From the NCBI RefSeq assembly GCF_011745625.1, contig NW_027191493.1, positions 1 through 64,000 on the forward strand: a DNA stretch of 64,000 nucleotides, given 5' to 3'. The DNA comes from Cladosporium halotolerans (lineage: Eukaryota). The position numbers were made by a program, and so were the translations under genes. Shown piece by piece: positions 47,693-61,102 of this stretch; within the stretch, counting starts at the first letter, position 1; each line of letters opens with the position of its first letter. Under the pieces are notes generated by a model that ran no database searches, was not told where the DNA came from, and saw nothing but the letters and a program-made list of their open reading frames with translations.

Positions 47693-49877
47693 TCATAATT
47701 CTTTCTCGCGCTCTTGATGCCCAGCCACGCTCGTCAAAGTGATCTGATTCCAATCCGCGGGCCCAGTACCCAACGCGGCATCGAAAGCTTCTCGCTGCCA
47801 TGCTACCGTGTACTCACTGGGGGACAGCAGTGGTACACTTTCACTGCCGGCGGGGTTAGAAGAGTCGACAGGCATGGCAGCGACGAGGCCATTTTGGCCA
47901 GGCGACGAACCCGAAGGTCGATATGGTGTAGGCTCGAGATCGGGAGACTGTCGACGCCGCTTCCTGCTGGGCTGGGCATTGGGTTCGGACGTGGTTGGGT
48001 CTGGCTTGCTGACTTCGAAAAGCTCGGCAATGACTGTTGGCGAAGACCGTGCCGCATCCGTGTTGGCGGATGGTACTCGTTGATTAGAGGGCTCGTGCCG
48101 CGATCTTGCCGAGGGATCCGTGGCATCGATTTCGAAAAGCGCAGCACCGTTTGCAGTTTGATCGAGAGTGCGATCTTCCGGCCTAGGTTTCGCAGGAGGA
48201 GACGCAGGCCTCGAGTCCGCCACGACGGGCGTGACGCTTCCACTGGTGCGGCGGAACATCGTCTGGTCGTGTGTGAAATTGCACGGGCGATCGTATAAGT
48301 GGCCAAACAGGAAGGCCATGGACTGCGACGCGGACCAGTTGGCTTTGTCGACTGTGCATGGGTGGATGTCGAGCGGCTTGAAGGCTTCGATCAGGTGACA
48401 GAGCTCGGTGTATGAGGAGTGGCGTGAGTAGGGAAATGTCTGGTGGACGGCAGTGTTAGTTTTGGTTTAATGGGGCAAAATTGACAAAAGACCTTACGAT
48501 GCGCTTTGGGAGGTTGTTCGGGTCTTCTCGCGCTTTCGCTTTGACCCCACGACCTTTTGCTTCGGAGACAATGGCAGTCAAGGCTGGTACGAGACTTTCT
48601 AAGGGAACGTCTTCGGGCTCGTCAACGTCCTCTTGGTTCAAGCCAGGCGCATCTGTCTGGAAGATTGACGGGTCAAGCGCGATGGCGTGGACAGGGTCTT
48701 TCACCATCGACGCTAGCATCTCCAACACGCTGCTGAGGAGGTTTGGCTGATCTTGTAATTTTGTCGCACACAGTGACATGAGCATTCCCAAAGCGCTGGT
48801 GTCACCAACTTCGAGCTCATGCTGCTGGTCTAGGTCGCCCTGCCCACCTCCAGCACCCAGCTCTGGCATCTCCACACCCTCATGCCGAGAGATGATCGGT
48901 GTGATGCGGACAAAGTCTGAAGGTCTACGTCAGAGAGCGGAATGAGATTCGATTGACACGGGCATACCTTGCTTAAAGATTTCACAGCCAGTGCCTTGCT
49001 CACATGAGTGAAGACGCGATTGTTTGCGCGTCAAGCAGCCTTCCTGCATGTGATTCCCAAACTTGTATCCAAACAGACGGGCAGCCTCTGGAGCTCTGGG
49101 CTCCTCACCTGTCGCTAATGCGCGGTAAAGCTTGTACCGATAGTCATCTACGTGCACCTGGCATTCGAGGAAGCTGCACAGAGCCATCCACACATCCTCG
49201 TACCCGAAAGTCCATGTGTCAAAGTAGAAAAGTGTGTTTTTGGGGCATTCCATAACTTGGTGCAGTAGCTCTGAGATTCCTTGGGCTTTGGATGGGAAAT
49301 GCTTGTACGGATTGTCTTTGGTAGCGAATGTGGTGTCGAGGTAGACGCAATCCAGCCGCTTGAGAGGCTTCTTGCTACCGCTCGATGTGTAGGCAAGCAT
49401 AAGCGGGTGGCGTGAAAGATGTTCCACCCACCAGGATTCTGAGCGAACATCGCCCGTGTACAAGATGGCTTTACCCTCGCCTTCAATCAGGAACGAGACG
49501 GCCCCAACACAGTGGTTGGCATCAAAAAGAGTCACGCGAATCGATCGCCCCGGCGCGAGATCTATCACAGTCGGCGTTTCAAGCGGAATCGTTTTGAGCA
49601 GCTTCTTCAAGTGCCTATATGTCTGCTTGCGGGTCTCTAGAATGCCCTTGGCGAAGTTCATTCGATGGGGGTATTTTTCGAGACGCAGGATGATCTCTTT
49701 AGTCGCGGGTGAGCAGTATATGAACGGTGACTTGCATGACTCCAGGCCCAGAAGGTGATCTGAGTGTACATGGCTGAGGAAGTACGCCAGTGGCGGCCTA
49801 GATGCTTCGCTTGAGAGGCGGAAGTGGTCGATGCGAATGTCAGGGAACTCTTTCACTTTGCCGTCGAAAGTTGACAT
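47693..49877 (-). CDS. DCLRE1C: Artemis/SNM1-family metallo-beta-lactamase/beta-CASP nuclease (introns 48917-48967, 48440-48497)
   Basis: MSTFDG..IRIDHF, FLSHVHSDHL, DANHCVGA, YTGDVR, YLDTTF and spliced FPYSRHSSYTEL..HPC. Confidence 0.9.
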
Positions 49878-50200
49878 CCTTCCTAAGGTAGCGCATCTCA
49901 GTCGATATCGCGCTTCATTGCTGATGGAGAGTACAAGTCAATAGTTTGTAAGGTTGATGATGCTCAAATATTGCCTGGACTATAGAGGTAAGAGAAAGAG
50001 CAACGACGTTGAAGTCGTGACCCAAAGCGGACTAGCGCGTCACGTGGCATTCGACCTCACTTCTTACATGAAGTATGCAGAGCGGCAATGGATGAATAAG
50101 CTGCTAACTTCATTCCAAAGCATTTCATCAAAGATGCAAAGAGCATAATGCTACTGAAGGCTGTCTCTGGAATCTCCTCTCGGCATAACATTGCTCCAAT

Positions 50201-50217
50201 CGGGCAAGCAGCGGCCG
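50201..50217 (+). promoter_or_regulatory. Putative RhaR site CGGGCAAGCAGCGGCCG (CGG-N11-CCG)
   Basis: ~230 bp upstream of the aldolase ATG; near-copy of 24820-24836; CreA-type CCCCGC (50238) and GTGGGG (50251) follow. Confidence 0.65.
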
Positions 50218-50447
50218 ATCTTGCAGCGAAGTAGCCGCCCCGCCATCAAAGTGGGGGTCCGTCGTTGCACGCCGGCCATCGGCCTTTGACAACCCAGTGG
50301 AAAGTGACGAAAGGCATCGCAAGCGTACCTCGGGCGCGGTTGCCAGAATTGCTTCTGTATACCATTTGTCTCCTCTCACTTTCTAACACTCTACTTCCAT
50401 TTCCATACAATTTATCACTTCACAATTGTCAGCCTCACTTGATCACA

Positions 50448-51528
50448 ATGTCTATCCCAATGCACAACACAAGTAGAGGAACTCCGGCCTCTCCTCCTGC
50501 CGCCGGTATCTACGTCCCTGTCCCGACGTTCTTCGCCGCAGAGGGTACTGCAGCATATGACCCAGTCTCGCCTCCGCTCGATCTCGAGACGCAATCTAAA
50601 CACTCGCTCTTCCTCGTAAAGGGCGGCATCAAGGGCCTCGTCATTCTCGGCACTACCGGCGAAGCCGTGCACATCACCAATAAAGAGCGCAACGAGCTCA
50701 TCAAGAGCCAGAGGAAAACACTTGACGACGCGGGCTACAAGGACAGGCCTATCATCGCAGGCACTGCGACGCAAAACGTTGAGGAGACACTTCAGCAGAT
50801 TCAGGAGAGCAAAGAGGCCGGCGCCGAGGCGGTCCTCGTGCTGAGCCCTGGCTACTTCGCCACGGCCGTGAGCCAGACTGGCATCCAGCGATGGTTTGAG
50901 GCCGTCGCTGACAAGGCCGTCTTGCCCATCATGATGTGCGTGCCGCACAACACTGCATAGCCAGACCGTTCACTTACCGTGCCACAGCTACCACTACCCC
51001 GGCGTGACCAACAACCTGCACATCGCGCCCTCGACCTTCGAGAAGCTCGCCGCGCACCCCAACATCGTCGGCACCAAGCTCTCGCACGGCATCATCGACG
51101 ACCAGACGCTGATCGCCGCCTCGCCCAACATCGACCACGACCACTTCTCGGTCTTCACTGGCCTCGGCCAGAACCTGCTGCCCGTGCTCGCCATCGGCGG
51201 CGTCGCGGCCATCGACGGCCTCGCCGGCGTCTTTCCGCGCGTCGTCGTTCGCCTCTTCACCCTCTTCAACGACAGCCTGGCCAAGGGCATCGGCAAGAAG
51301 GAGGTGCAGGAGATGCGCGAGCTGCAGTTCAGGATCTGCCAGGGCGAGAAGCTCGTCGCGCGCTGGGGCGTCGTCGGACTGAAGGAGGCGCTCGCGCGCG
51401 TGTGGAGTTTCGGCGGCGCGAAGGGCGCTCGTTTGCCTATCGCTGGAGGGTTTGAGGATGGTGATGGCGAGTGGAAGAAGTGGGAGAAGGTCTACGAGGG
51501 CCTGAAGAAGCTGGAGGATAGCCTTTAG
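50448..51528 (+). CDS. LRA4: DHDPS/NAL-family aldolase, likely L-2-keto-3-deoxyrhamnonate aldolase (intron 50936-50987)
   Basis: GIYVPVPTFF, LGTTGEA, IYHYPGVTNN, HPNIVGTKLSHG (Schiff-base Lys) and TGLGQNLLPVL resemble yeast LRA4 as recalled. Context and promoter motif support the call. Confidence 0.75.
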
Positions 51529-54033
51529 ACCGTGAAAGTCTATCTTTCTTTCTCTGGTGCATTGAGTGAGTTTGCCGCTACCCTCGTCTGGGGAAACGCG
51601 TACCGTGATTATCGACCTTGCTGCTGTGCCTTTGTTAGCGTACGGGAGTTCGATCGCTCGCAGGCAGCCCAGGTCATGTGATATCGCGGAGCTGTCGTTA
51701 TGCTTTGTTCTCTGCAGATCCCTCTCGAATAAACTTCTCAGGGCCCAAAGTCTACGCGCCCTCGCCCTAAAGGCACGCCAAGGAAGCAGTACAGGAAGCC
51801 CTCGCATCACATACGACGTCAAACCCCTAGTGTGGAAGATCGCGCTCATCGCCACCACTCTCGCATTGTTCACGGGATGCGATTTTCCTCGGAGGCGGCA
51901 GCGGTCTCCGCCCTTAGCACGCGCAACGTCGGCCTGCTGTTATTGCATTCATCTCTTCTGGCGCCGTCCGTGCAGAAACCCAAAGCAGTCATGGGACTAG
52001 GAAAAGGCTACAAGGCTACATGCGTGCGGGATTGACGTTGTTGACCTGCTGGACGTATCCCCGCGGGTTTAACCATCGTCGCAATTGAAGATTGTCGATC
52101 GCCCACATTAGCTTTGGCGAGAAGGTTCGTGACTTGCAGGTAGCGAACGATGTGGGGTCGTCGGCGCAATCAATAAGCTCTGCCAACGGTCTTGCCCATC
52201 GTTGCCTTCCTTGGAGACCCTGAGTTATAGTCGAGGGGAGGTATAATAGTCGTGAGAATGGGTGATTTTGGCCGAGCAGGAATGACTCGTCGGCACCACC
52301 ACCACCGTTGCCTTTTTGCCACGCCGATAATAATGGCGGCGATGCGGCTGACTGTGCGTTTGGGTGGCGTGGAGGCTCAGCTGTGAGGAATGTCACGAGC
52401 GCTTGTGGTCGTGGTCTGACAAAGACGTTGTTACCCTTCGCGGGTACTCGGGCCCGCGCTGGAGAGAGGACGTCTAGCTGAAGTTTGTGAAGTTTCCCGA
52501 AAGGGTCGCAAAGGACGGAAGCGTGACCCCGTAGCGCGATGTCAAGGTCCCCACCTGTCTTCAGCTATGTGGGGACTGTGAGACCTGTGGAGTCGCTGAG
52601 TGCAGCGGAGATGGTGGCCAAGACGGCTGAATCGTGTGTCGGACGGCCGCGACGGCCAGAAGAGTCACGGCCGCTATCGTCTGGTTGTGGTGGACACCTG
52701 GTCGGCCTGCCTGCAAGCTGTTATGCCAGACATCGGCCGACCCAGGGCGCTGGGAGTGCCGTCGCCTGGCCAGCCATCGTGATCAAGGGCCGAACAATGG
52801 CTCTCTCGCCCACCCACCCACTCCCATCGCCTGATCCATGCCGCGCCCGACCCAACCCACCTGCCAGCTCAGTCGTGTGCTAGCTCCTCAGCAACATGAC
52901 GCGCTGGCTATGCTTAGCAGGCCAGCCGCATGCGGTGCTCCGCTGGGCCTTCGCAGCGAGCGCCGACGACAGGCAGGCGGGTAGGCAGGCGGATAGGCAG
53001 ACAGACAGACAGGCAGGCAGGCAGGATGGCAGCTGAGGACGGCGGACCGAGACGGGGCTAGACGAGAGGGAGCGATGACAGGCATGATGCGATCTGCCCT
53101 CGCGCGGGCCTTGATCCCTGCGTGGTTGCGCGGATGGTTCTCTCCAGCATCAGCGCAGGCATCGCGGGGGGCTGGCGCAAACGGGGCTGCAGTGGGCTCG
53201 CGGTGGACTTGCGAGCCCTCAACGCCTCCCTGCCACCCCGGTCGCGCGCCCGATCTGACTGCTATCGGAGGCCTCGCGCGCAGTAGCCGGCTCAGCGAAA
53301 ACATGTGAAGTGACGCCCGCCGGTATCTCCCCTGCCGGCGGACGGCGACGGGCGCAGCAGGCGTAGGCGTGTGTGTGTGCGTGTGTGCGCGCGTCTCGGT
53401 CGGACGGCGGCACGCCCGGCCTGGAATGCAGTACGGTACATTGGCGCACACCTCCAACGAGGTGCGGCGACACGGCGACCTGCAAGCCACCCATATACCC
53501 ATATACGAGGCCCGCAGCTGGCCGGCTGGAGGTTGCGCCATTGTCGCCCGTACCGCCCGTGATTGGCGCCGCCGCGCAGCCCTCTGGAGCTTTGCTCGCG
53601 CCATTATAACAAGAGCGCGCTGCACATCTGCAGACCGGCCGCCAGCTGGCTGCAGCGCGTGGCGCGTCGTTATAGTGCTGTACATACGATAGACGTCGGC
53701 GACGGACTGACGACCCCGGCGCCTGCTGCGCCGATTGTCGAGCGGACAAGCGAGCGCGTATCGCCCGGCGCCCTCTCAGGCATCCCGCGGCCACGCCAGG
53801 CAAATTGGAGGCGCTCGTCTACTTGCATCGGCAGGACGGGCATGTGCCGTCGTCCCATGTGGCGCGGCGGCATGAATGACGGGCGCCTCGCTTTCGTGCA
53901 TGCTGCGGATGTAGCGTACAGGTACCGCCGCGCGCGGTGACACTGCAGACTGCAGCATGCAGCCAAACGAGACGCCAGGAGAGCGAGGGGCGATTCGGGG
54001 CAGCGCGCCCTTCGCTTGCGAGCATGTGAAAGT

Positions 54034-54068
54034 GAGACGAGAGAGAGAGAGAGAGAGAGCAAGAGAGC
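54034..54068 (+). repeat. (GA)n microsatellite; a (GT)n tract lies at ~53369-53388
   Basis: Directly visible. Confidence 0.85.
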
Positions 54069-54536
54069 GAGTTGCGAGTCGGTTTAGGGGTGATTAGAGG
54101 TCTACAAATACAACGAGATGTAGGCGACATGCAAAAGTGTCGTGGAAAACAAAAGCAAGTGATCAAAGCCAAAAGCCGCCATTTCCTGATGTTGACAAGA
54201 CCCCGCCAGCTTTCCTTTTTGCAAGAAGAAACGCTCCCAACTTTTTCCACCAGCCGGAGAAAAATAACGACACGCTGCCCGCGGAACAATAAGCGAAGCC
54301 GGAAAAACATGTGTTCGCTCTCAATGATGATGATGATGGTGAAGTCGACCAGGTTTTCGAGATTTTTTCGGATTTTTTTCTTTTCGCTCGCCGCCAGTCA
54401 ATTTTTTCGCTCGATTCTCCATTGCTTCCTCCCCGTCCTCCCCTCCCAAATCTAAACATCTATGCGTCGCGCATGCAGGAAAATGAAGACGACGCCTGGG
54501 TATCGAATGCGCGCGTGTGGAAGCCAAACAAGTCAT

Positions 54537-56147
54537 TTAGTCGTGAAAGCGGGTCGTTAGGGGTAAGCGCGAATGCTTGTTGTGTGATTCGTATGCAGGC
54601 AGGTACTCTTGCTTGAGGAGCAGCTCGTCGGTGTATTCGAAGGTTTCCGATTTCCGGCCATCGGGGTCGGACGAGCCGTAGCGTGGCAGGCGGATCATGC
54701 GGACGCGGTTGTCGGTGTCGGCGCCGTCTCTGCTTCCCCAGGTGGTCTGATGCAACGTCAGTAACGGCCACGTGGATGCTAGAAGTGTTACGAGACAAGA
54801 ACATACCGCGTTGAGAGTCAGGAGACCCCAGAATTTGATGAGGCCATGGAAGTATCCAAAGGCGATGTAGATAGGGATGAAGACGACGTCGGCCGGGTAG
54901 CGGAAGAAGTGACCCCAAAGCTTGACGGTCTTGCTGAAAACGAAGGTCCACAAGGCCAGAGCGATGAAGAGCGTCTTCCTGTCGTCCGCTTGCCAGGTCT
55001 CGGATGCCATGTACCAGGAGTAGAAGATAAAGCAGTCGTAGGGGAACGCCCAGGCGGTAACTGTCGTTTGGAGAACAGAGTAGGTGCTCCACGGTTGAGT
55101 ACTGCGATGCTGGTCAATGATCGACTCCAGTCGTGAACAGGGAGTCTACACTTACAACCAATAGTGGCGTTCAACAAACATGCTGGTGAGGTTGCTGCGC
55201 CAGTTGCTACGAACCCATCGAAGGCACTGGCTCAAATATTTAGGGCCGTCCTCAAGGGTAGTCTGAACCTCCGCCTCCTTGTGGTACTGCATGCCGATTT
55301 TCCAATCGTGTGCGTAAAGCCACCGGGTGATGAAGTTGTCGTCGTCGGCGTTGAGTTGGCAGGTTCGCCACTCTTCGTGAGTAAATCCATAGGTAAAGTC
55401 TTCGTCCTGCAGGATGCTGCTACGATAAGCCGCACTGCGTCCCGACAAGCATGGCAGGCCACCGTCGATGTGCAGACAGGCAGAGCAGTCAAAGTTTCGG
55501 CGTTCGAGGTAGGCAGCGCCCAGGAAGTTCCAGACGCTAACAGTCTCGCCTCGTTGAAGTCTCTGCGATGTGCAGACACCGCCCATCTTGGGGTCTTCGA
55601 ATGGTGCCAGCATCCACTGCAGCACTTTCTTGGGCCAGATGACATCGTCGTCGACGAAGATGGTGAGTTTGGTGGTGACTTCCGGGATGGCTCTGCACAT
55701 CTGCCGACGCTTGTTCGCTTCCCGGATGCTCAGGACCCGCAGCTTCTTCGAGTTGATCTTGTGAGCGATCTTGGTCAATGCCTCAGCGTTGGAATCGATG
55801 GTGACGAGGAGCATTTCGTAGGGCTCCGACTGCAGGCATGTCCGGATCGTCCGGTCGAGTTCCTCGCCACCGGAGGAGATGGTGGGCAAGATAATGGTGA
55901 CATCTTGGGAGGTGTATGTTGGAGTCTCCGGTATGGGTACTGGCCGGTAGGTCCAGTGTGAAATGCAGTTAACTATTAAGCGGACATATCGAAACAACCT
56001 GGCGGTGGTGGTTAGCGGGCGTGCAGGGCGTGGTGGCACCGGGTGGCCGTCGTGGGCACGGCAGCGAGCACATGGGAGTGGTATGGGCCGGGCGAGGCTG
56101 TCGAAAACTTACCATGCAAAGACGGCGACAACAAGCCAGGAAACCAT
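54537..56147 (-). CDS. CPS1: GT2-family membrane polysaccharide synthase, Cps1-like (introns 55999-56112, 55102-55155, 54747-54806)
   Basis: LFRYVRL, ANKRRQM, FVDDDVIW, CLSGRSAAYR, ADDDNFITRWL, QCLRWVRSNWRSN (QxxRW), C-terminal TM segments, TTWGSR. Confidence 0.88.
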
Positions 56148-59100
56148 GCTGACACGTGCAAACGAGAGGAGTGGCAAGCCTCGATGTCTACATAGACCTC
56201 ACAGGCGACGGGATGTAGAAAGGGAAACGATCAGAGGACGGCCAAACGGGAATATAAGCGGCCGCCATTGCAGTCCTCGGTTGTCATGCAGCGCTTGTTC
56301 CGGATCCGCATGTGCTGCTTGTTTCATCTAGCACGGTTTTTGAGCCTGCATAGCTCCATCGAGTATGAGATCACTTGGGGTCGTGAGGATTGAGGCGAGT
56401 GAAGGGTCGGTCCACTCGAGGTCGAGCTTGGCCGGCGTCCTGCAGAAAGCTATGGCTGGCGCCCCCTCATCCCGCCTGCGCCTGTCGCCGCGTCGCCGCT
56501 GTTGACTGTGCGCGATAGCGGCGCCGGGGCCGTGCTAGGTGGAGTGCTAGGCGCTCGCCTGCTGCGGGCTAACTGCAACGCTCTTAGCACAGCGTGTTAG
56601 GCCACGCTCAGCGACGAGCCCTGGCGGCCGCAGAGGCTGGAGCCCTGGGGCGGGGCCCTCCACCCACGCCGGGTGCGCTCGTGCTGCTGCTGCTGCTGGC
56701 GCGCGTGCGCGTGCTGTGCCGTGCGAGTAGCGATCCAGCAGTGGTGAGTGGGGAGTGTGTACAGCACTGCACCACTCGTCGCGCCGCCCCCCCACCGCAG
56801 GCTCGGCCGTGGAGGATGCCAGACTATAGTACCGCAGTTGCTGCTCGTCTGGCGCGCACTACTCACTGTACGCGCCCGCCCTCGCCCTCGCCCTCGCCCT
56901 CGCGCGGCCGTCGCGCTGCCCGCGCCCGAGCCCGCCGCACGTCGTCGTCCTATCTACACAGACTGCACCTCCCGCCGCCTAGCGCTCTCCACCACCCACC
57001 CTCGCGCTCGCCGCGGTGCCCTGCCGGCTCTGGCCCACGGGTTGCGCGCGCGCGCGGGCTGGGCGGAGCAACTTGCACGCTGCCCGGCGCCATGCTCGGC
57101 GCTTGCTGGCCGGAGGCCCGCGACTGCCCGCGACCCAGGCCCGCCAGGGTCTCGTTCCCACACGCACCGCGCGCAGTCGCATGCACACACCTCACTCGCC
57201 TATCCGCGCCGGTAGCGACGCCCTCGCACACGCGCCGCGCACGCTCGCCCTCCTCGCCCGCCGCCGCCTGCTCGTCCGCACCTCCAGCGCCCGGCTGCGG
57301 CGCCTGCGGCGTGGAGAGGGCGCGCGCCACGCGCTGACGCTCATGGCTATCGCCGATGTGGGCTGGCCGGCTGGGGTTCACGGGCGCGGCGGGCGTGCGC
57401 TCCTCACCCACAACGGCTAATCCTCTCGAGCGTGCTAATGACGACTTCACGCTAGCGCGCTAGCAGCTAGGGTGATGAACGGGTGTGCATTGACTCAAAG
57501 CTTCGCTACCCACTTCGTCTAGAGGGAGCGTCCGGCCGCGACTTCGTCGCCTCTTTCGCCCGAACTCGTGGCGAGTCTGTTGAGGGAGCTGCATGAGCGC
57601 GATGCGATGGCCAATTTTGTGCGTAAGCAACGGCCCTTATACTGCGGAGGCCAGGTGGGCTCCTCGCTCCACCCCGTTGTACACCCGAGAAGAACGTTGC
57701 GTGCGCGGGTCCCATGGCGGCGCTCGTCACGGCTGCGTTGGTCGAAATACCCGTCTGCCATCCGTCTGCACCCGCACGCACCCTCATCGCGACCGCATGC
57801 GACCCAGGACCCTGATGGTGGGGCCTGCTGAGAGAGTAAGGCTTGCGACTTGCATGCAGCTGTCTCTTCAAGGGTGTCGGGCTCGTGCTGTGGCCGTGGA
57901 CGCTGTGCCGATCACTGCTGCCATACAACCACATTTCAAGAACACGGACCTGCTTCCTTGGACGCTCACGGCGCTGTCACCGCAGGTCGTGCAAGGCTGG
58001 CACGCGCCGGTCGTCGCTCGTAATCGCCTTGGTGCGGCTGACGTTGGCCTTCACATGCTCGCCATCGCTCGCGCATGAACTCGTGTGCGCGTGTCGCAGC
58101 CGGTTGATATGAAGTGGTTGCTGGCTTGCATTGTGAACCTCGCTGCTGCTAGACTCCAATGCCGATCTGCGCGGGTGGAAGCTTTCCCCGTGCCGCTGTG
58201 CATCATGGTTTATAGCAGCAGACGATGCTGCTTCGCTTGCATGGCGGCCTCGGAGCAGGACCTCCAAGAAGGCGCTATGTATGCGACATGCAACCTGAGC
58301 TTGAGGGCTTGGTCCCCCCAGCCGCGTCACTTCATGCAGGCACTGCAGCTGTGGGAGGGCTGCACGATCGCCTTTGCATTGCAGAGGAATGTCCTCCCGA
58401 CATCCCCGAATAGCCGATAAGGGTAAAGTTGCCGCCATTGGCGAGTGAATGGATTTTGAATTTTTCCTGTATATGAAGAGGAAGGTCCGTCGTCAAGCGA
58501 GGACAAGGTGTCTTCAGCTCCGGGGTCTGGGTCTGGCTCATGCACGGGTGATCGTCTCGGCTACGGGCGTGGGATTTGTCTTCATGATTCCCGTTAGCGG
58601 CAGTGCTCATTAGTCAAGACTGCTGTCACATTGCGACGTGTGAAGAGAGGGAGCGGATCCCGACGATGCCCTAGGAATACTCACGAGCCCTTTGAGGCCT
58701 GGTCGCACGCGGTTACACAACTCGGGGAGAATGTATCCGCTGCAGGTACATGCAAATACGCGCTTAACGGATTCCATCCCCTAGAGCGCTGCACGCCGAC
58801 GTGATCCTCCTGCGAAGGGCGTGATTTTGCAAATGCCGAAAAGGGACGCATGTTAGTGACGTCCTCCAAGCAGGAACGATCGAATTGCGCTCTGTGCAGG
58901 AGGCTCCTTGCATGCTTCCGGTAGGCGTCCGGCAGTATGCTTGCAACACCGACACTCGTCCATGTCATATCCGGCAATGTGCTGTCGCGCACAAATCAGG
59001 CGGCCACTGCTCGCGTCTAAAGAAAATCCTCCGTCCTCCATCATTGGACTGCCAAGGCGTTAGACCTTGTCCAGAAGTGATTAGATGCTGGGTAGCATGT

Positions 59101-60150
59101 GGCAGGTTGCGCCCCAAGCTTGCTAATGCACCTGCTCCCCGGCCATCCTCCGTGAGGACCGCAGGCAGAGACGATTTTGAGCCATTGGGAACGATGATCA
59201 CGTGCTCTTCGCTTGCCAATATCCATGCCAGCAGTCAGTCTAGCAATAAGAGCCTTGATTTCACTGTTGTGGAGGAGAGGTGGCGATGATGACAGAACCT
59301 TCGATTCTTCGGAGTCGCGATTCTGACCTTAATGTTGATGCTTGTATTGTGATAAATCTATTGTGTTTTGATGAGCTAGGCCCGAAGTTTTTCACTGACG
59401 ATAGCACATCTAAAAATTGCAATTGCGTTCGCTCGAAATAGTCACCGTTTGGACGACCTGGGTCGAGACGCCAAGAAATGTTCCTTCATCGGTGGGAGTA
59501 AAATGGCGTAGGAATCGATGGTCTGTCTTGTACAGTACTCTGCACGGATGTCAGAGATTGCGAGTGATGCGGCCAAGTCCCATGCCGTAGCCGTGTGGTG
59601 TGATGAGGAGGTGAGGTTCATCAAGCGGCGTTCAACTTAGAAAGGACCTCATGTCTTGGCAGACCCTTCGAACGGAAAGAGCACCGGATGTCGCGCGCCG
59701 AGCTGCATCTTCAACAAAGGCCATGGCCGTCAAATGATAGGCGTAATTCCTATGATGATGCTGTTTAGCGGTCAATTCGGTAAGGTTTCAAGATGATGGT
59801 CTTCAGATACGCGCAACCCCAGCCACAACTTACAAAGTCTTGGTGCGCCGCATGAAGTCCATTGAAAGAGCGCGAGAAACGTCAAACATCCGAACATGAA
59901 AAAAAGACCGGGAGTCACAAGAAAAGAAATGGCCTCTTATACCGCAAGGTGGTAATATGCACAGATAGTGTACACGCCAGAGGCAGCCTCTGGCGCTCCG
60001 GTGTTGCCTGCAATGGCTGCTCTTGATGCCAATGGCAACCTTCTTCAACTCCATCTTCCATCACATCGGTCTCTCTCATCCCCAGTTGCCGGCCCTTCAA
60101 CTTTTATATGATCGCCTCTCCTCCTTCTAGATTACCCTGTCGAATTGCGT

Positions 60151-60866
60151 CTAGTGGTGAGCGTGGGCAGCGTCGCTCCTGTAGCCAACGATCTTGAATC
60201 TGCCGAGCATCTCGCCGACAGAGAAGAAGCCGATCACCTCGGCGGTGACAATGCCGACCTGCTTCAGAGTGGCGGAGTCCATGTCGCGAACGCGCGCGAG
60301 GAAAGACTGGGGGTTGCTCGGGGCGGGCGCACGGTTGAGGAAAGCGGAAGGGTTCTGGAAAGCCTTCGAGAGCGGCTGGAGGTAGGTCTGGATGGTTTGC
60401 ATGTTGCTGTGAAAGTCAGTTTGATGGGATCCCTGTCTTCGAAAGATGTGGCATAGCTTACGGAGGAGCCATGTTGCGACCCTGGACAGCGATCTTTCCA
60501 AGCTCGCCAACGACGCGTCCGTAGTAGACGGTGGGAGGGATCATGCCTAGTGCGCTGTCAATGGCTGGGCTTCTCTGTCGATAGACGTGTATTCTTACTG
60601 TTGACGAAGCTGATCACCTGGCCGGTCCTGCCACCGACACCAGCCAAGCTCTTGCTGATCGCAGAGCCAGCGCTGCTCAGCTTAGAGCCGGCAGAGCTCT
60701 GAACACGCGAAAGGCCCTCCTGCGCCTTGCTGGCGGTCTGCTGGGTAGCCTCCTTGGCCTTGTTGGCGCCAGAGGCGGCGCCGTCGGTGGTGCTGGAGGC
60801 GGCGCGGCGCTGGACGAGCGCGCGCGTCTGGCGCAGAGCGAACCGGGGTGTGATACGGGCCGACAT
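60151..60866 (-). CDS. ATP20: Mitochondrial ATP synthase subunit g (introns 60547-60598, 60407-60461)
   Basis: Arg-rich presequence; VYYGRVVGELGKI..MAPP; AEVIGFFSVGEMLGRFKIVGY. Confidence 0.93.
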
Positions 60867-61102
60867 CGTGTGTGAAGGAGGGTGTGAAGTGCAAAGGCTG
60901 CGATGCAATGGCGCTGACGTTGGGTATCTCCTTGGGAATTCTTTCGCCGGAGGTTGGAGGTTCGGGATTGATCGGATGCTGCCGCGCCTTTCACCGCCCG
61001 GGTAGGGCTGACGATTCTGCCGACCGCGCGCAACTTTTTGGCGAAGGTCAAGCTTGCTTTCGAGAGCAACGCATTTGCTCGGCTTGTCGGTATTTTGCCA
61101 TT

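Noticed and set aside
50974..51873. 299-aa minus-strand ORF
   Set aside because: Mostly the antisense shadow of the aldolase exon 2.
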